A DNA stretch of 64,000 bases, taken from IMG/VR virus record IMGVR_UViG_3300045988_149288; one strand, given 5' to 3'. Below, piece by piece: positions 9,217 to 18,339 of this stretch. The stretch is from a virus. The notes under the pieces were generated by a model. The model was not told the DNA's origin and ran no database searches. It saw only the letters and a list, made by a program, of their open reading frames with translations. Made by a program: the position numbers and the translations under genes. How positions within the stretch are numbered: the first letter of the stretch is position 1; each line of letters opens with the position of its first letter.

Positions 9217-10227
9217 TTAATTCGCAGCTGTCTCAAGCTCAGCATTAGTGGTCGTGTTTTCTTCAGCAGATGGCATTTCAAAAGTTGATTCTCCGTCAGC
9301 AACGACTTCGAATTCTTCTACAGGTTCATTAGATTCTTCAATTTTTTGCTGTGCTTCTTTCTTTTCTTCAGATAGCTTTTTAATTCTTTCACTATTGGCC
9401 TGCACCAAAGCAAGACGTTTAGCACCTTCGTCAACCTGGACGGAGGATTGCTTTGTAAGCGTGCTTCCCAATTCACTCAGATCTGCGGTTTCGAGCATTG
9501 CATCGAGGTTAGCTTTCTTTTGTTTCAAGATTTCTTCTTCAGATTTCGCAGGTTCTGCTTTTTTAACAACTCTGGGCTTCGTTACTTGTGGTGCTGCAGC
9601 AGCTTCAGCAACTTTTTCAGTTTTTGCTACTGCGGGCTTTTTCTTAACAACAGTCTTCTTTACAGGAGCCGGAGGAGTTACAACTACTTCCGGTTCTTTT
9701 TCTTTGTAAATAATCTTCGGAGCTGGCGGAGGTGGATTCATGATTTCATCACACATATCCAACATGCATTCATTGAGCTTCTCAAGGCCAGTCATTCCAT
9801 ATTTAAAAAACATTGCGGTCATTTTCTCTTTCATTTCATCGATAAGAGAAAAAGCTTCAGAAAAAGCGGGGTTATTAATATAACCCGCACTTTCTGCAAT
9901 ACTTTGTGGCTTTTTAGCTGGACGTCTGCGAACAGGCGCCGGCTCTACATAATTATCATCGTCAAAATCGGGTTCAGCAGGCATAGGAGCAGGACGCGGG
10001 GCCGGAGCCGGAGCAGGACGCGGAGCAGGCCTTGGTGAAGGACGCTGCGTACGGTGAGCTTCGTTAATTTCCGGAACTTCATCATTATAAAAATCATCAT
10101 CTTCTAGCTCATCGACAGAAACTGTCTGAGCTGTAGACTTATAATTCTTATATGCCTCGAGTTGCTGTTCTTCGGTATAAGACGGGTCGTTTTTATGTAG
10201 AAAGCTTAAAAAATCACCTTTACTCAT
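9217..10227 (-). CDS. Pro/Ala-rich disordered protein (possible scaffold-like)
   Basis: PRPAPRPAPAPAPRPAP repeats, charged C-terminal coiled-coil; TATAAATA-type motif upstream. Confidence 0.4.
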   Translation of the reverse strand: MSKGDFLSFLHKNDPSYTEEQQLEAYKNYKSTAQTVSVDELEDDDFYNDEVPEINEAHRTQRPSPRPAPRPAPAPAPRPAPMPAEPDFDDDNYVEPAPVRRRPAKKPQSIAESAGYINNPAFSEAFSLIDEMKEKMTAMFFKYGMTGLEKLNECMLDMCDEIMNPPPPAPKIIYKEKEPEVVVTPPAPVKKTVVKKKPAVAKTEKVAEAAAAPQVTKPRVVKKAEPAKSEEEILKQKKANLDAMLETADLSELGSTLTKQSSVQVDEGAKRLALVQANSERIKKLSEEKKEAQQKIEESNEPVEEFEVVADGESTFEMPSAEENTTTNAELETAAN

Positions 10228-10235
10228 AATTATAC

Positions 10236-10252
10236 CTTATTTATAGAAGTTA
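10236..10252 (-). promoter_or_regulatory. T4-late-like TATAAATA motif upstream of 9217..10227
   Basis: minus strand reads CTTCTATAAATAAGGTATAATTATG. Confidence 0.4.
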
Positions 10253-10272
10253 TTTTCAAAATATAGAAATTT

Positions 10273-11019
10273 TTAAACTAACTTCGTCTTTACCTTGTCA
10301 ATTAATCCGATTTTCTTTGCTTCGTTTGCCGACATGAAGTTATCGAACGAAGTAAGTTCACGGAGTTCTTCAGTAGTCTTTCCAGTCTGCTTCTTGAACA
10401 CACGATTCATGCTATCAGTCCAGTTCTGCAATTCCTTCTGGAGAATGCTAACGTCCTTGAGACGACCAGCAAAACCATCGGCGACAATACCAGCCTGATG
10501 AATCATGATACGAGAAGACGGGAAAGCATAACGATGGCCAGGAGTTCCATTAGCGAGAATAACAGAAGCCATGCTCGAGCAAGAACCACATGCAATCGTA
10601 TTGATAATAATACCCTTACGCTTCAGTTCGTCCATGACGTCGATGAGTGCGAAACCAGCGTCGCAATCGCCACCAGGAGAAGAAAGGTAAATGGTAACAG
10701 GTTCCTTCAGGTCATCATCGTAGAACGAGAGACGCTGGATAGTACGGATAGCGATACTCCAGTCAATAGCGCCCGTAATCCAAATACAACGCTTGACTTC
10801 GAAGTAATTCTGACGCATGATTTCGAAATAACCGCCCATTTCACCAAGAGGAATTCCCTGTTGTTCAGGTTCTTCCGGCTGACCTTCAGGAGGAACAGCT
10901 TCAGGATTTTCCGGACCTACAGGAGGCATTTGACCCGGATTCGGAGTAACCATCGGAGCAATCGGTGCTTCTACTGGCTTATTATCAGATTTCTTCTTTA
11001 CGATGCGCTTTAAAGACAT
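10273..11019 (-). CDS. ClpP-family serine protease
   Basis: IYLSSPGGDCDAGFALIDVM, active-site-like GSCSSMASVI, RIMIHQAG. Confidence 0.7.
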   Translation of the reverse strand: MSLKRIVKKKSDNKPVEAPIAPMVTPNPGQMPPVGPENPEAVPPEGQPEEPEQQGIPLGEMGGYFEIMRQNYFEVKRCIWITGAIDWSIAIRTIQRLSFYDDDLKEPVTIYLSSPGGDCDAGFALIDVMDELKRKGIIINTIACGSCSSMASVILANGTPGHRYAFPSSRIMIHQAGIVADGFAGRLKDVSILQKELQNWTDSMNRVFKKQTGKTTEELRELTSFDNFMSANEAKKIGLIDKVKTKLV

Positions 11020-11320
11020 TTAAATATCCTTCATTATTTAAGTTGATTTCAATTTGCTTCTTGGATTTCGATCTTTCTTCAACATCGATCTCCGGGTCGA
11101 ATCTAAGTTTGAACGGACCAGCAGACAATAACGGCTTTCCATACTGGATAACTGTATCATTGCCAGAATACAGGACATACCTAAATCGTTTTGTGACATT
11201 GCGGAATTTGACATTCACGAAGTTTTCGTCCAAGGACAAAACCGTGTATTCGTTACCATCAACGCCTTTGTAAGTTTTTCCGACTTCAAATTTCATGTTA
11301 CACCAATTTGTTCTTTTCAA
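10985..11320 (-). CDS. hypothetical protein
   Basis: 111-aa ORF. Confidence 0.3.
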   Translation of the reverse strand: MKRTNWCNMKFEVGKTYKGVDGNEYTVLSLDENFVNVKFRNVTKRFRYVLYSGNDTVIQYGKPLLSAGPFKLRFDPEIDVEERSKSKKQIEINLNNEGYLNVFKAHRKEEI

Positions 11321-11522
11321 GGAAAACGCTAATCTTATGGTTAAGGTCTTCGTTCTTCAAGAAAATTGCCTTAAGTTCTTCGTCGTTATAGTTATCGTAA
11401 TTCTTTACGAAAACCTTCGCGTATTCCGAAAAATTCTTGTAGACATCTTCCAGAACAGACGCATAGACGGTCTTAACAAGGTTCAGAGGTGTTACTTCCT
11501 TTTGATTCATTCGAATATTCAT
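11298..11522 (-). CDS. hypothetical protein
   Basis: 74-aa ORF. Confidence 0.3.
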   Translation of the reverse strand: MNIRMNQKEVTPLNLVKTVYASVLEDVYKNFSEYAKVFVKNYDNYNDEELKAIFLKNEDLNHKISVFLEKNKLV

Positions 11523-11763
11523 TTACTAGATCCTTTAGTTTTTCGCAGAATTCTGCGTCAGTTTCAAATTTGGGCAAAATAGAAATAACATAAACCATCC
11601 AATCGTTAAGATTCTTCGGATGTACGATATTGTCTGTAACGTGATTAGCTTGTGCCACCATATCCTTCAAGGCCGCGAGGGTTTTCGGATTATTGATTGC
11701 TTTCAGATAATCCTTTTCCTTTCGGAACAACGGTTGCATTTTTACTGGTTTATGTTTCTTCAT
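11473..11763 (-). CDS. hypothetical protein
   Basis: 96-aa ORF. Confidence 0.3.
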   Translation of the reverse strand: MKKHKPVKMQPLFRKEKDYLKAINNPKTLAALKDMVAQANHVTDNIVHPKNLNDWMVYVISILPKFETDAEFCEKLKDLVNEYSNESKGSNTSEPC

Positions 11764-11766
11764 ATT

Positions 11767-12240
11767 TTACTCGACGATTTCAAGTTCTTCCGGGTCTGTC
11801 ATCGGTTCTGGGCCATTCGACGGTTGGGTATTCTCGAGATACTTACCAGCATAGAGCACAGCAGTTTCACCTTGAATAGTATCAACCATGTCCTGAATTC
11901 CAGCCATGAAGGCGGACTCATTAGACTCTTCAGTTTTTTCCTCGACGTTGATATTCATCTTGTCGTAGGCTTCGAATACAGCTTTATTAATCTTGTCCGC
12001 AAGCGGCTTCTTAATAGGCTGGACGAAACACAGCTCACGCTTGTTATTCACGTTCTTAGGGTAAATAACGTAACGCTTGCCGTAGTAGTCCATCAATGTA
12101 AGGCCAGTAAGTAGAAGTTCGTGGTCAAGAATAACCTGACACTTGCCGAGCTTTCCGTACTTTACATTGTAGGGATAAATTTTGACTTTTGTTACTTCCA
12201 TATTACGGTAAATCCTTTCTGTACTCTTCGAGAGCTTCAA
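11767..12240 (-). CDS. spoVG: SpoVG-like protein
   Basis: MEVTKVKIYPYN...CQVILDHELLLTGLTLMDYYGKRYVIYPKN...KINKAVFEAY matches SpoVG N-terminal domain pattern. Confidence 0.6.
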   Translation of the reverse strand: MKLSKSTERIYRNMEVTKVKIYPYNVKYGKLGKCQVILDHELLLTGLTLMDYYGKRYVIYPKNVNNKRELCFVQPIKKPLADKINKAVFEAYDKMNINVEEKTEESNESAFMAGIQDMVDTIQGETAVLYAGKYLENTQPSNGPEPMTDPEELEIVE

Positions 12241-12658
12241 TATCCTTTGTAACCTTCATCAGGTCGATTTCCTTTGCCACAGCAATGGAAATGATGTCAT
12301 TGAAGATACTCTGCACAGCAGGAACAGGTTCAACATCTGCGACTTTAATCATACGTTCTACGACTTCTGCAGAAGGAACCGGATGTTCATTAGTTACATT
12401 GCCACTTCCATCAACAAAATTCTTGAGGAAGTCATTAAGATAGAAAATAGCCTTTCCCAAATCCTGATACGGTGTTGCATGTTCAGGATCGGTCTTTACC
12501 TTATCAAGGTAGCGCATGGAATACTTCCATACATTTGCACAGTCACAATCAAGATAGCGTGTAATAGTAATAGTTTCAATTCCAGATGCGTTATTACAGT
12601 AATGATCAGGGTGATTAACGGCTCGGTCAATTTTTTTAAGCTGTTCTTCAGTATGCAT
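12203..12658 (-). CDS. hypothetical protein
   Basis: 151-aa ORF. Confidence 0.35.
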   Translation of the reverse strand: MHTEEQLKKIDRAVNHPDHYCNNASGIETITITRYLDCDCANVWKYSMRYLDKVKTDPEHATPYQDLGKAIFYLNDFLKNFVDGSGNVTNEHPVPSAEVVERMIKVADVEPVPAVQSIFNDIISIAVAKEIDLMKVTKDIEALEEYRKDLP

Positions 12659-12674
12659 TGTATTTTACCTTAAA

Positions 12675-13088
12675 TTATTTAAATGTTTCGTTAGAGTTCA
12701 ATGCTTTTAAAATATTTTCTTGCAATTCATGAGACTTATTGGCATGGTCTGTCAACTTCTTATCGAAAGCCCGGTCTTCTCGAATTTCTTTATTACGAGC
12801 AAGAGCCTGACTGATACGAATAGGAAGGAATACTGCCATAAAATAACCGAACGCCATCGCAATGTATGGAACGATGTCGGTCATAAAATACATTATTCCT
12901 TTCTTGAGTGTATCTCCAAACACGCCAAATGAGCCTAAAACTAAGGTATAAACCACGGCGCTAATAAGAGAACCGATAATGAGTTTCTTATTGGCCTTGA
13001 TTTTAGACCAAAATGTTTTCATTTTGGTCTGAAAACCCTTCATCTTAGTCTTGAAATTTGACTTATTTGTCTGCTTAGATGTCTTCAT
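12675..13088 (-). CDS. membrane protein (2-3 TM)
   Basis: hydrophobic segments LIIGSLISAVVYTLVLGSFGVF and PYIAMAFGYFMAVFLPI. Confidence 0.35.
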   Translation of the reverse strand: MKTSKQTNKSNFKTKMKGFQTKMKTFWSKIKANKKLIIGSLISAVVYTLVLGSFGVFGDTLKKGIMYFMTDIVPYIAMAFGYFMAVFLPIRISQALARNKEIREDRAFDKKLTDHANKSHELQENILKALNSNETFK

Positions 13089-13404
13089 TGTCTTCCAAGA
13101 TTACTTCCACTGCCGAATCAGGAATCTGGTAATACTTAGTCTTAACGTAAGCACCCTTATCATTCTTCGCAGCGATGTTAAGTTCGATTGCACGCAAGTC
13201 CGTAAAGATAATGCGGTCACCAACAGATACAACACACGGAATACGGGAATCCGTGACAGGATTGTACTTGCCTGGGCCAACGGCAACAACTTCACCATAA
13301 ACAAGCTTACCCGAGCTATCAAGTTCCGGAATATAGATACCGCCAGCGGTCTTAGTGTCACCGTTACGGCGCTTTACAAGCACATAGTTATCATTCATCT
13401 TCAT
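13075..13404 (-). CDS. groES: GroES-like co-chaperonin (copy 1)
   Basis: VLVKRR...TKTAGGIYIPE...GEVVAVGPGK...VGDRIIF matches GroES. Confidence 0.75.
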   Translation of the reverse strand: MKMNDNYVLVKRRNGDTKTAGGIYIPELDSSGKLVYGEVVAVGPGKYNPVTDSRIPCVVSVGDRIIFTDLRAIELNIAAKNDKGAYVKTKYYQIPDSAVEVILEDNEDI

Positions 13405-13418
13405 AGTTAAATTTCCTT

Positions 13419-13748
13419 TTACTTAATTTCTTCGTTATCGTCAAGAATGCAGGTACATTCGTTTTCTGGAACCTTAACAAGTTTGAGCTTAGATACGTTT
13501 CCGTTTTCGTCCTTGACAGAAACCGTAATTTCTGTAGCGACACCTGGATTATAAATCACACGGTCACCAACCTTGAGGTTGATGGGCGCAATCTTATTGG
13601 TGTAAGGATTGAATTTACCCGGACCAAGCTTTACGATGGTACCAAGGGCCATAGGAATCGTTCCAATTCGGGGAATAAATAAGCCTCCGACAGTCATTTT
13701 GTCGAAAGGTTCCTCTTTTACGAGTACGTTATTTTCTGTAGTTTTCAT
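13419..13748 (-). CDS. groES: GroES-like co-chaperonin (copy 2)
   Basis: VLVKEEP...MTVGGLFIP...GTIVKLGPGK...VGDRVIY; tandem paralog. Confidence 0.75.
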   Translation of the reverse strand: MKTTENNVLVKEEPFDKMTVGGLFIPRIGTIPMALGTIVKLGPGKFNPYTNKIAPINLKVGDRVIYNPGVATEITVSVKDENGNVSKLKLVKVPENECTCILDDNEEIK

Positions 13749-13758
13749 CTCAGTTTCC

Positions 13759-14400
13759 TTAAATTTTAAATAGAAAGTCTTTCTTAGTGTACTTTGTGCT
13801 CTTATCGATGCACGAATTATTTATTAAAAACGTGTCGCCGATTTCGCAAATGGACTTTTTCTTGTCCTGACCGAAGTGCCAGATCTTTCCATTCACATTT
13901 AAATTCATCTTTCTGGGGTCATAATAAGAAACAACGACGTCGGGAACAGACTCCGCGATTTTACGGAACCTATCAACTTCATCGTTGTACATCTCATCGA
14001 TATTGGTTGTCCACCAATTCCATTTTTTAATATTAACACTAGGGTCAATTCCAGACGCACCGCCAAATACATGCTTATCTACCATAACTACTTGCCCATC
14101 TAACCTAGTTGGCGTACAAAGTTTGCGCTGGAATGACCTTAGTGAATCTTTAACTTTTTCAAATTTCAAATCAAGCGGCATATCAGATTTCATATCACAA
14201 CCACCATATACATACAGCACGTTTTTGTAATGCTGTCCGAGGTAAACCAGAAAACGCCTAGTCATCTCGTAGTCTTCCGATATGCCGCTTATACACAATA
14301 CATCAGCAGGGAGAAATTCTTCATCGAGTAATTTCTTAAAATCAGCAAACATGTGCTTGCTAGGCTTAAGATTCAAATTATTGATGAAGAAACAATCCAT
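13759..14400 (-). CDS. hypothetical protein
   Basis: 213-aa ORF. Confidence 0.35.
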   Translation of the reverse strand: MDCFFINNLNLKPSKHMFADFKKLLDEEFLPADVLCISGISEDYEMTRRFLVYLGQHYKNVLYVYGGCDMKSDMPLDLKFEKVKDSLRSFQRKLCTPTRLDGQVVMVDKHVFGGASGIDPSVNIKKWNWWTTNIDEMYNDEVDRFRKIAESVPDVVVSYYDPRKMNLNVNGKIWHFGQDKKKSICEIGDTFLINNSCIDKSTKYTKKDFLFKI

Positions 14401-14403
14401 GCT

Positions 14404-14580
14404 TACTTAGTCCAGATAGTAGTCCACTTTCCACCGATAAACTGTTCAATCTTGACAACTGAACGAAGACGCGGATTCTTGTAAGATTCCATGAGTTCTT
14501 CAGTATAGCAGTCAGAAGTAAACGGTTCACCATACGGTGTACCAGTTTCATCAACGTGATAGCGAGTAATGCGCCACATT
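14404..14580 (-). CDS. small hypothetical protein (59 aa)
   Basis: ORF below the track threshold, stop/start-coupled to neighbours. Confidence 0.2.
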
Positions 14581-14851
14581 AGGCCATAACCTCCTGTTGA
14601 AGTGTACGATAGAGAGCAACCATATTGCGGTCGAGTTCAGAACGCTTGTGCTTGCCACGAAGAACCTTTTCAGCCATATAGCAGATAGTTGCTTCAGTCT
14701 GAGAAAGTGCAACGAGACTTGAACGAGCATAACGGGTATGTTCCGGATTACGGACTTCCATACCTTCGAGCTGCAGACGGTCGCGGGTTTGTTCATTGCC
14801 GGTTGTGACCACATAGGCCTTACCGGTCTTACGATTCATAGCATAATTCAT
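14579..14851 (-). CDS. hypothetical protein
   Basis: 90-aa ORF; upstream CTATATTTG motif and AGGAGA SD. Confidence 0.4.
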   Translation of the reverse strand: MNYAMNRKTGKAYVVTTGNEQTRDRLQLEGMEVRNPEHTRYARSSLVALSQTEATICYMAEKVLRGKHKRSELDRNMVALYRTLQQEVMA

Positions 14852-14939
14852 ATTAATCTCCTATTATTTGCTTGGTAATAACAAATATAGTTAAATACCT
14901 GTAAATTATTTTTTAACATAGGAAAAAGATTTGAATTTT

Positions 14940-15512
14940 TTACAGGGCTGAGATTGGGAATAATATGAGTTCATTTTTAAGAGATAAAAGCTTGTCCATC
15001 ATAGACTTAACGAATTCATGATGGGCATCCGAATTTTTATCAAATAACGGATCTGTTTCATCTGTATGATTAACTATCTTACAAAGCTGACCAAGAGCCT
15101 GGTCATACTTGTTTAATACATGGAAAAATTCCAGAAGCCTTTCAAATGTAAACCATTCTCGGAATTTAGCGACGTTTTTGAAAGCTAACGTCTGATATTT
15201 ATCGATACCGTCCTTAAAAAACATATCATCGAAATACTCGTACATTTCTTGCCGAGCAGGACAGCCATAAGTATAATGTTCTTGAATAAATGAGTCGGCG
15301 ACGTAAATAATTCCGACCTTATTATCATCGGTTACGGCGATTTTGACATCGTGCACGCCAAAGGGCACAACAATACACGTACCATATACCTTAACATACG
15401 GAAATTTCAATTTAGTCGTATGTAGTGCGGTTTCAACAATTTCTATAACTTCCTTATTAGGGAAAGTTCCCCAGTCTTCACGAATTAATCTGTCTTTTTT
15501 CGCCATATACAC
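14940..15512 (-). CDS. hypothetical protein
   Basis: 190-aa ORF. Confidence 0.35.
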   Translation of the reverse strand: MYMAKKDRLIREDWGTFPNKEVIEIVETALHTTKLKFPYVKVYGTCIVVPFGVHDVKIAVTDDNKVGIIYVADSFIQEHYTYGCPARQEMYEYFDDMFFKDGIDKYQTLAFKNVAKFREWFTFERLLEFFHVLNKYDQALGQLCKIVNHTDETDPLFDKNSDAHHEFVKSMMDKLLSLKNELILFPISAL

Positions 15513-15557
15513 TTACCGTAATACATTGTACTACACAAGCATAATATAGTAAACAGA

Positions 15558-15586
15558 CGGGCGTTTGTAAACCCGTCTTGCTATAT
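15558..15586. terminator. bidirectional terminator
   Basis: agacgggcgtttgtaaacccgtct hairpin. Confidence 0.55.
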
Positions 15587-16119
15587 TATTTTAGTCTTTC
15601 GATTATCTTCTGAACAATTCCGTTATATCCATCCTCAGTTCCATCAGCGACTTCATAATGTAGGCCGTTTGAATCCAAAAAATCAAGCAATCGACCGTCA
15701 ATAGCCTTAGCTTCCTCTTCAGTTTGGTTTCGACCGTTAGGATTATATTTCTTGGCACGCTTTACAAAAATATTGAATGTATTTTTATATTTCTTCGCTT
15801 CATAAAGGCACACATCCTGATACGGTTTTTCATCAGTATACATTGCACCCATAGCAATCGGACTATCGGTAACAATCACATCGACTTTTCCGAGAAGTCT
15901 GGCAACTTTAAGGCATTGCTTACCCGTGACATACAGCTGACAGAACTTGAGCGGAAACTGATCATCCTGCCATACCCTATCCTTGGCATATTCTGAGACG
16001 TATTCGCAATCAACTCCAGCCATTTTAAGTTTTGCAAAAATATAAGCGGCTCCGGTTGATTTTCCCGAGCCTGGACCTGCATAAAGATTAACTAATAATG
16101 TGTCTTTCATAATTTTCAC
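15586..16119 (-). CDS. P-loop nucleotide/nucleoside kinase-like protein
   Basis: Walker A YAGPGSGKST. Confidence 0.5.
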   Translation of the reverse strand: MKIMKDTLLVNLYAGPGSGKSTGAAYIFAKLKMAGVDCEYVSEYAKDRVWQDDQFPLKFCQLYVTGKQCLKVARLLGKVDVIVTDSPIAMGAMYTDEKPYQDVCLYEAKKYKNTFNIFVKRAKKYNPNGRNQTEEEAKAIDGRLLDFLDSNGLHYEVADGTEDGYNGIVQKIIERLK

Positions 16120-16122
16120 CTG

Positions 16123-16213
16123 TGATACAAATATAGTAAAGTTTTTATTACATTTCGTAACGTTTATAAAAATCTGTATTTACAAAAACGCTTCGGTTTG
16201 CTATATTTATTAA
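16123..16213. promoter_or_regulatory. divergent promoter region carrying the CTATATTTG motif in both orientations
   Basis: minus: TTTACTATATTTGTATC before 16119; plus: GGTTTGCTATATTTATTAATATG before 16215. Confidence 0.5.
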
Positions 16214-16214
16214 T

Positions 16215-17402
16215 ATGAAAATTGATTTATCGACTATCAAAAATGACCTTCTCACTTCTGGTATGAAACTTGCTTCCGCTATCGAAAGCAAGGGTTATGA
16301 AGCATACCTGGTTGGCGGTTGCGTTCGTGATATGGTTCGCTGGTCTCTCGGCCAGAGCGGTTTTCCTGATATTCATGATATTGACATCAGTACGAACATG
16401 CCTATCGAAGAACTTCAGAAAACCTTCAAGACCGCATCCAACAACGGTGAGGCTCACGGCACTATTCTGGTTTTCCAGGACGGTGAACCTTTCGAGGTGA
16501 CTCAGTTCAGAACCGACGGTGCATATACTGATGGTCGTCACCCCGATTCAATCACTTTCGCCAAGACTTTCAAGGAAGACTGCTTACGTCGCGATTTTAC
16601 CATCAACGCTATGGGACTTAGCGGCAAGGGTGAAGTGATTGACTATTACGGTGGTATCGCTGATGTCGAAAACGGTATTATTCGAGCTGTCGGCAAGGCA
16701 GAAGATCGTTTTGCTGAAGACTACCTTCGAATTTTCCGTGGTGTTCGCTTCATGGTCAACTTCGATTATTCTTTGGCTGATAGCACTTACGAAGCGATGA
16801 AGACTACTGCTTCTACTTATACCTATAAGCTGGATTCTCTGTCTTATCCTCGTATTCGTGGTGAAATTAGCAAGGTCAAGAACCCTTCTAAGAATCTTGC
16901 GAAGTTCTTCTTTACCTTGAACCATACTGGTGTTCTTAACTGGCTTACTACTTTCAGAAATGTCGATGTTCCTGCAATGATTAAGCGTTTGGAATCTGTA
17001 AAGCATCTCAACGAAGATAACATTTTCGCTGTAATCGCTTTCGGTGAAGAACCTGAAATGCTTGAACGCCTTTCTGCTACTCGCGAAGATTCTCGTCTTC
17101 TCAAGTGGTATAATTACATGCTCAAGAAGCTGAAGGAAACAAACGAGAACATTAGCTGGGATAGTATTGTTAAGTTCGTTGAGGGTGATTACAAGACACT
17201 CCTCGAAATGACCAAGATTATTCCTGCATGGTATCATCGAATTCCTATCGCTCTGAAGCTGAAAGACGATAAGCCTGATTTACATGCCATCGTCGAAAGA
17301 GTTCAGAACGAATTAGGTATCAAGCCAAGTGCTAAGTTCGGTCTTGCGGTTGACGCACTTCTCGAACAAGAATACGAAGCGAAAGCAACGAAAATCCAAT
17401 AA
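16215..17402 (+). CDS. cca: CCA-adding tRNA nucleotidyltransferase / poly(A) polymerase family
   Basis: Head-domain motif YLVGGCVRDMV...DIDI and class-II NTase body; plus-strand gene in a minus-strand block. Confidence 0.8.
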   Translation: MKIDLSTIKNDLLTSGMKLASAIESKGYEAYLVGGCVRDMVRWSLGQSGFPDIHDIDISTNMPIEELQKTFKTASNNGEAHGTILVFQDGEPFEVTQFRTDGAYTDGRHPDSITFAKTFKEDCLRRDFTINAMGLSGKGEVIDYYGGIADVENGIIRAVGKAEDRFAEDYLRIFRGVRFMVNFDYSLADSTYEAMKTTASTYTYKLDSLSYPRIRGEISKVKNPSKNLAKFFFTLNHTGVLNWLTTFRNVDVPAMIKRLESVKHLNEDNIFAVIAFGEEPEMLERLSATREDSRLLKWYNYMLKKLKETNENISWDSIVKFVEGDYKTLLEMTKIIPAWYHRIPIALKLKDDKPDLHAIVERVQNELGIKPSAKFGLAVDALLEQEYEAKATKIQ

Positions 17403-17404
17403 AA

Positions 17405-17436
17405 AACAAACCCGGTTTTTAACCGGGTTTTCATTT
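17405..17436. terminator. bidirectional rho-independent terminator
   Basis: aaaaaacaaacccggtttttaaccgggttttcatttt. Confidence 0.7.
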
Positions 17437-17681
17437 TATGCGATTGTTTCCCAACTGATTGTAATCATCTTTGAATCTTCATCTATTCGCATGAACTTAA
17501 ACTCAAATTCATTGAATTCGATGTCTTTTCGATTCAATGCTGGTAGTTTCACTTGGCTTTCGAGAATCGGCAAGCACTTTTCGCGGAATCGAGTGATTTG
17601 GCGAGAAGCTCCTGGAGTTCCTTCAGCTTCGTCAACAATAGTACATTTCTTTGTTTTCTTATCAACTCTTACAATAACCAT
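17436..17681 (-). CDS. hypothetical protein
   Basis: 81-aa ORF. Confidence 0.3.
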   Translation of the reverse strand: MVIVRVDKKTKKCTIVDEAEGTPGASRQITRFREKCLPILESQVKLPALNRKDIEFNEFEFKFMRIDEDSKMITISWETIA

Positions 17682-18121
17682 CAGATTCTCCGTTTAATTT
17701 TGATTTCATTTTCCTGGTCCACAAAATGTTCCTTCATGTATGCGACCTTATCAGCCGGTACATTGTGAACATTCTGGAATTCATTATCCATACGGTAAAT
17801 CGTAACTTTAATGTCACGAGCTTCCGCTTCTCTCAAATACGGTTTCAAATCCTTACGGGTTACGAACGTATTTGCGACGATAACATACTGTGCACCTTCA
17901 TCAAAAGCCCTAAATACTCTTTCAAAACAGTTTTTATGGGCATAATAAAGTTTACTAGTATGGAAAACGTATTCGCCCTTATCGTTATACCAATAATCAT
18001 CTGCCTCTACGTGCTCGACTTTGAAGCCTTGCTTTTCGAGGTCAGCTTTCAGCGTTTTGGCATAAGTAGACTTTCCGGAACCAGGTATTCCACGAACAAC
18101 AATCAATGTCTGTGTATTCAT
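17681..18121 (-). CDS. pnk: polynucleotide-kinase-like P-loop kinase (Pnk kinase domain only)
   Basis: Walker A VVRGIPGSGKSTYA; resembles T4 Pnk kinase domain in size and motifs; lies next to RNA ligase. Confidence 0.6.
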   Translation of the reverse strand: MNTQTLIVVRGIPGSGKSTYAKTLKADLEKQGFKVEHVEADDYWYNDKGEYVFHTSKLYYAHKNCFERVFRAFDEGAQYVIVANTFVTRKDLKPYLREAEARDIKVTIYRMDNEFQNVHNVPADKVAYMKEHFVDQENEIKIKRRI

Positions 18122-18339
18122 TTGATTTCCCTTGAGGAAACCAAATAAAAATCTGGTTTCCTATTCTGTTAACCTATATGCCGCAGCAACCAACAGAACA
18201 TTCAGTAAATAGAATTTAAAGAATATTCCGAAGACTGACCTACAGCCTAATTCCTCTCGACTTGTTCCTATTGAAGATATGATTAGAAACACAAATTCCA
18301 ATACGAACAATAACGTTCCATATTCAAATATAGTAAAAA

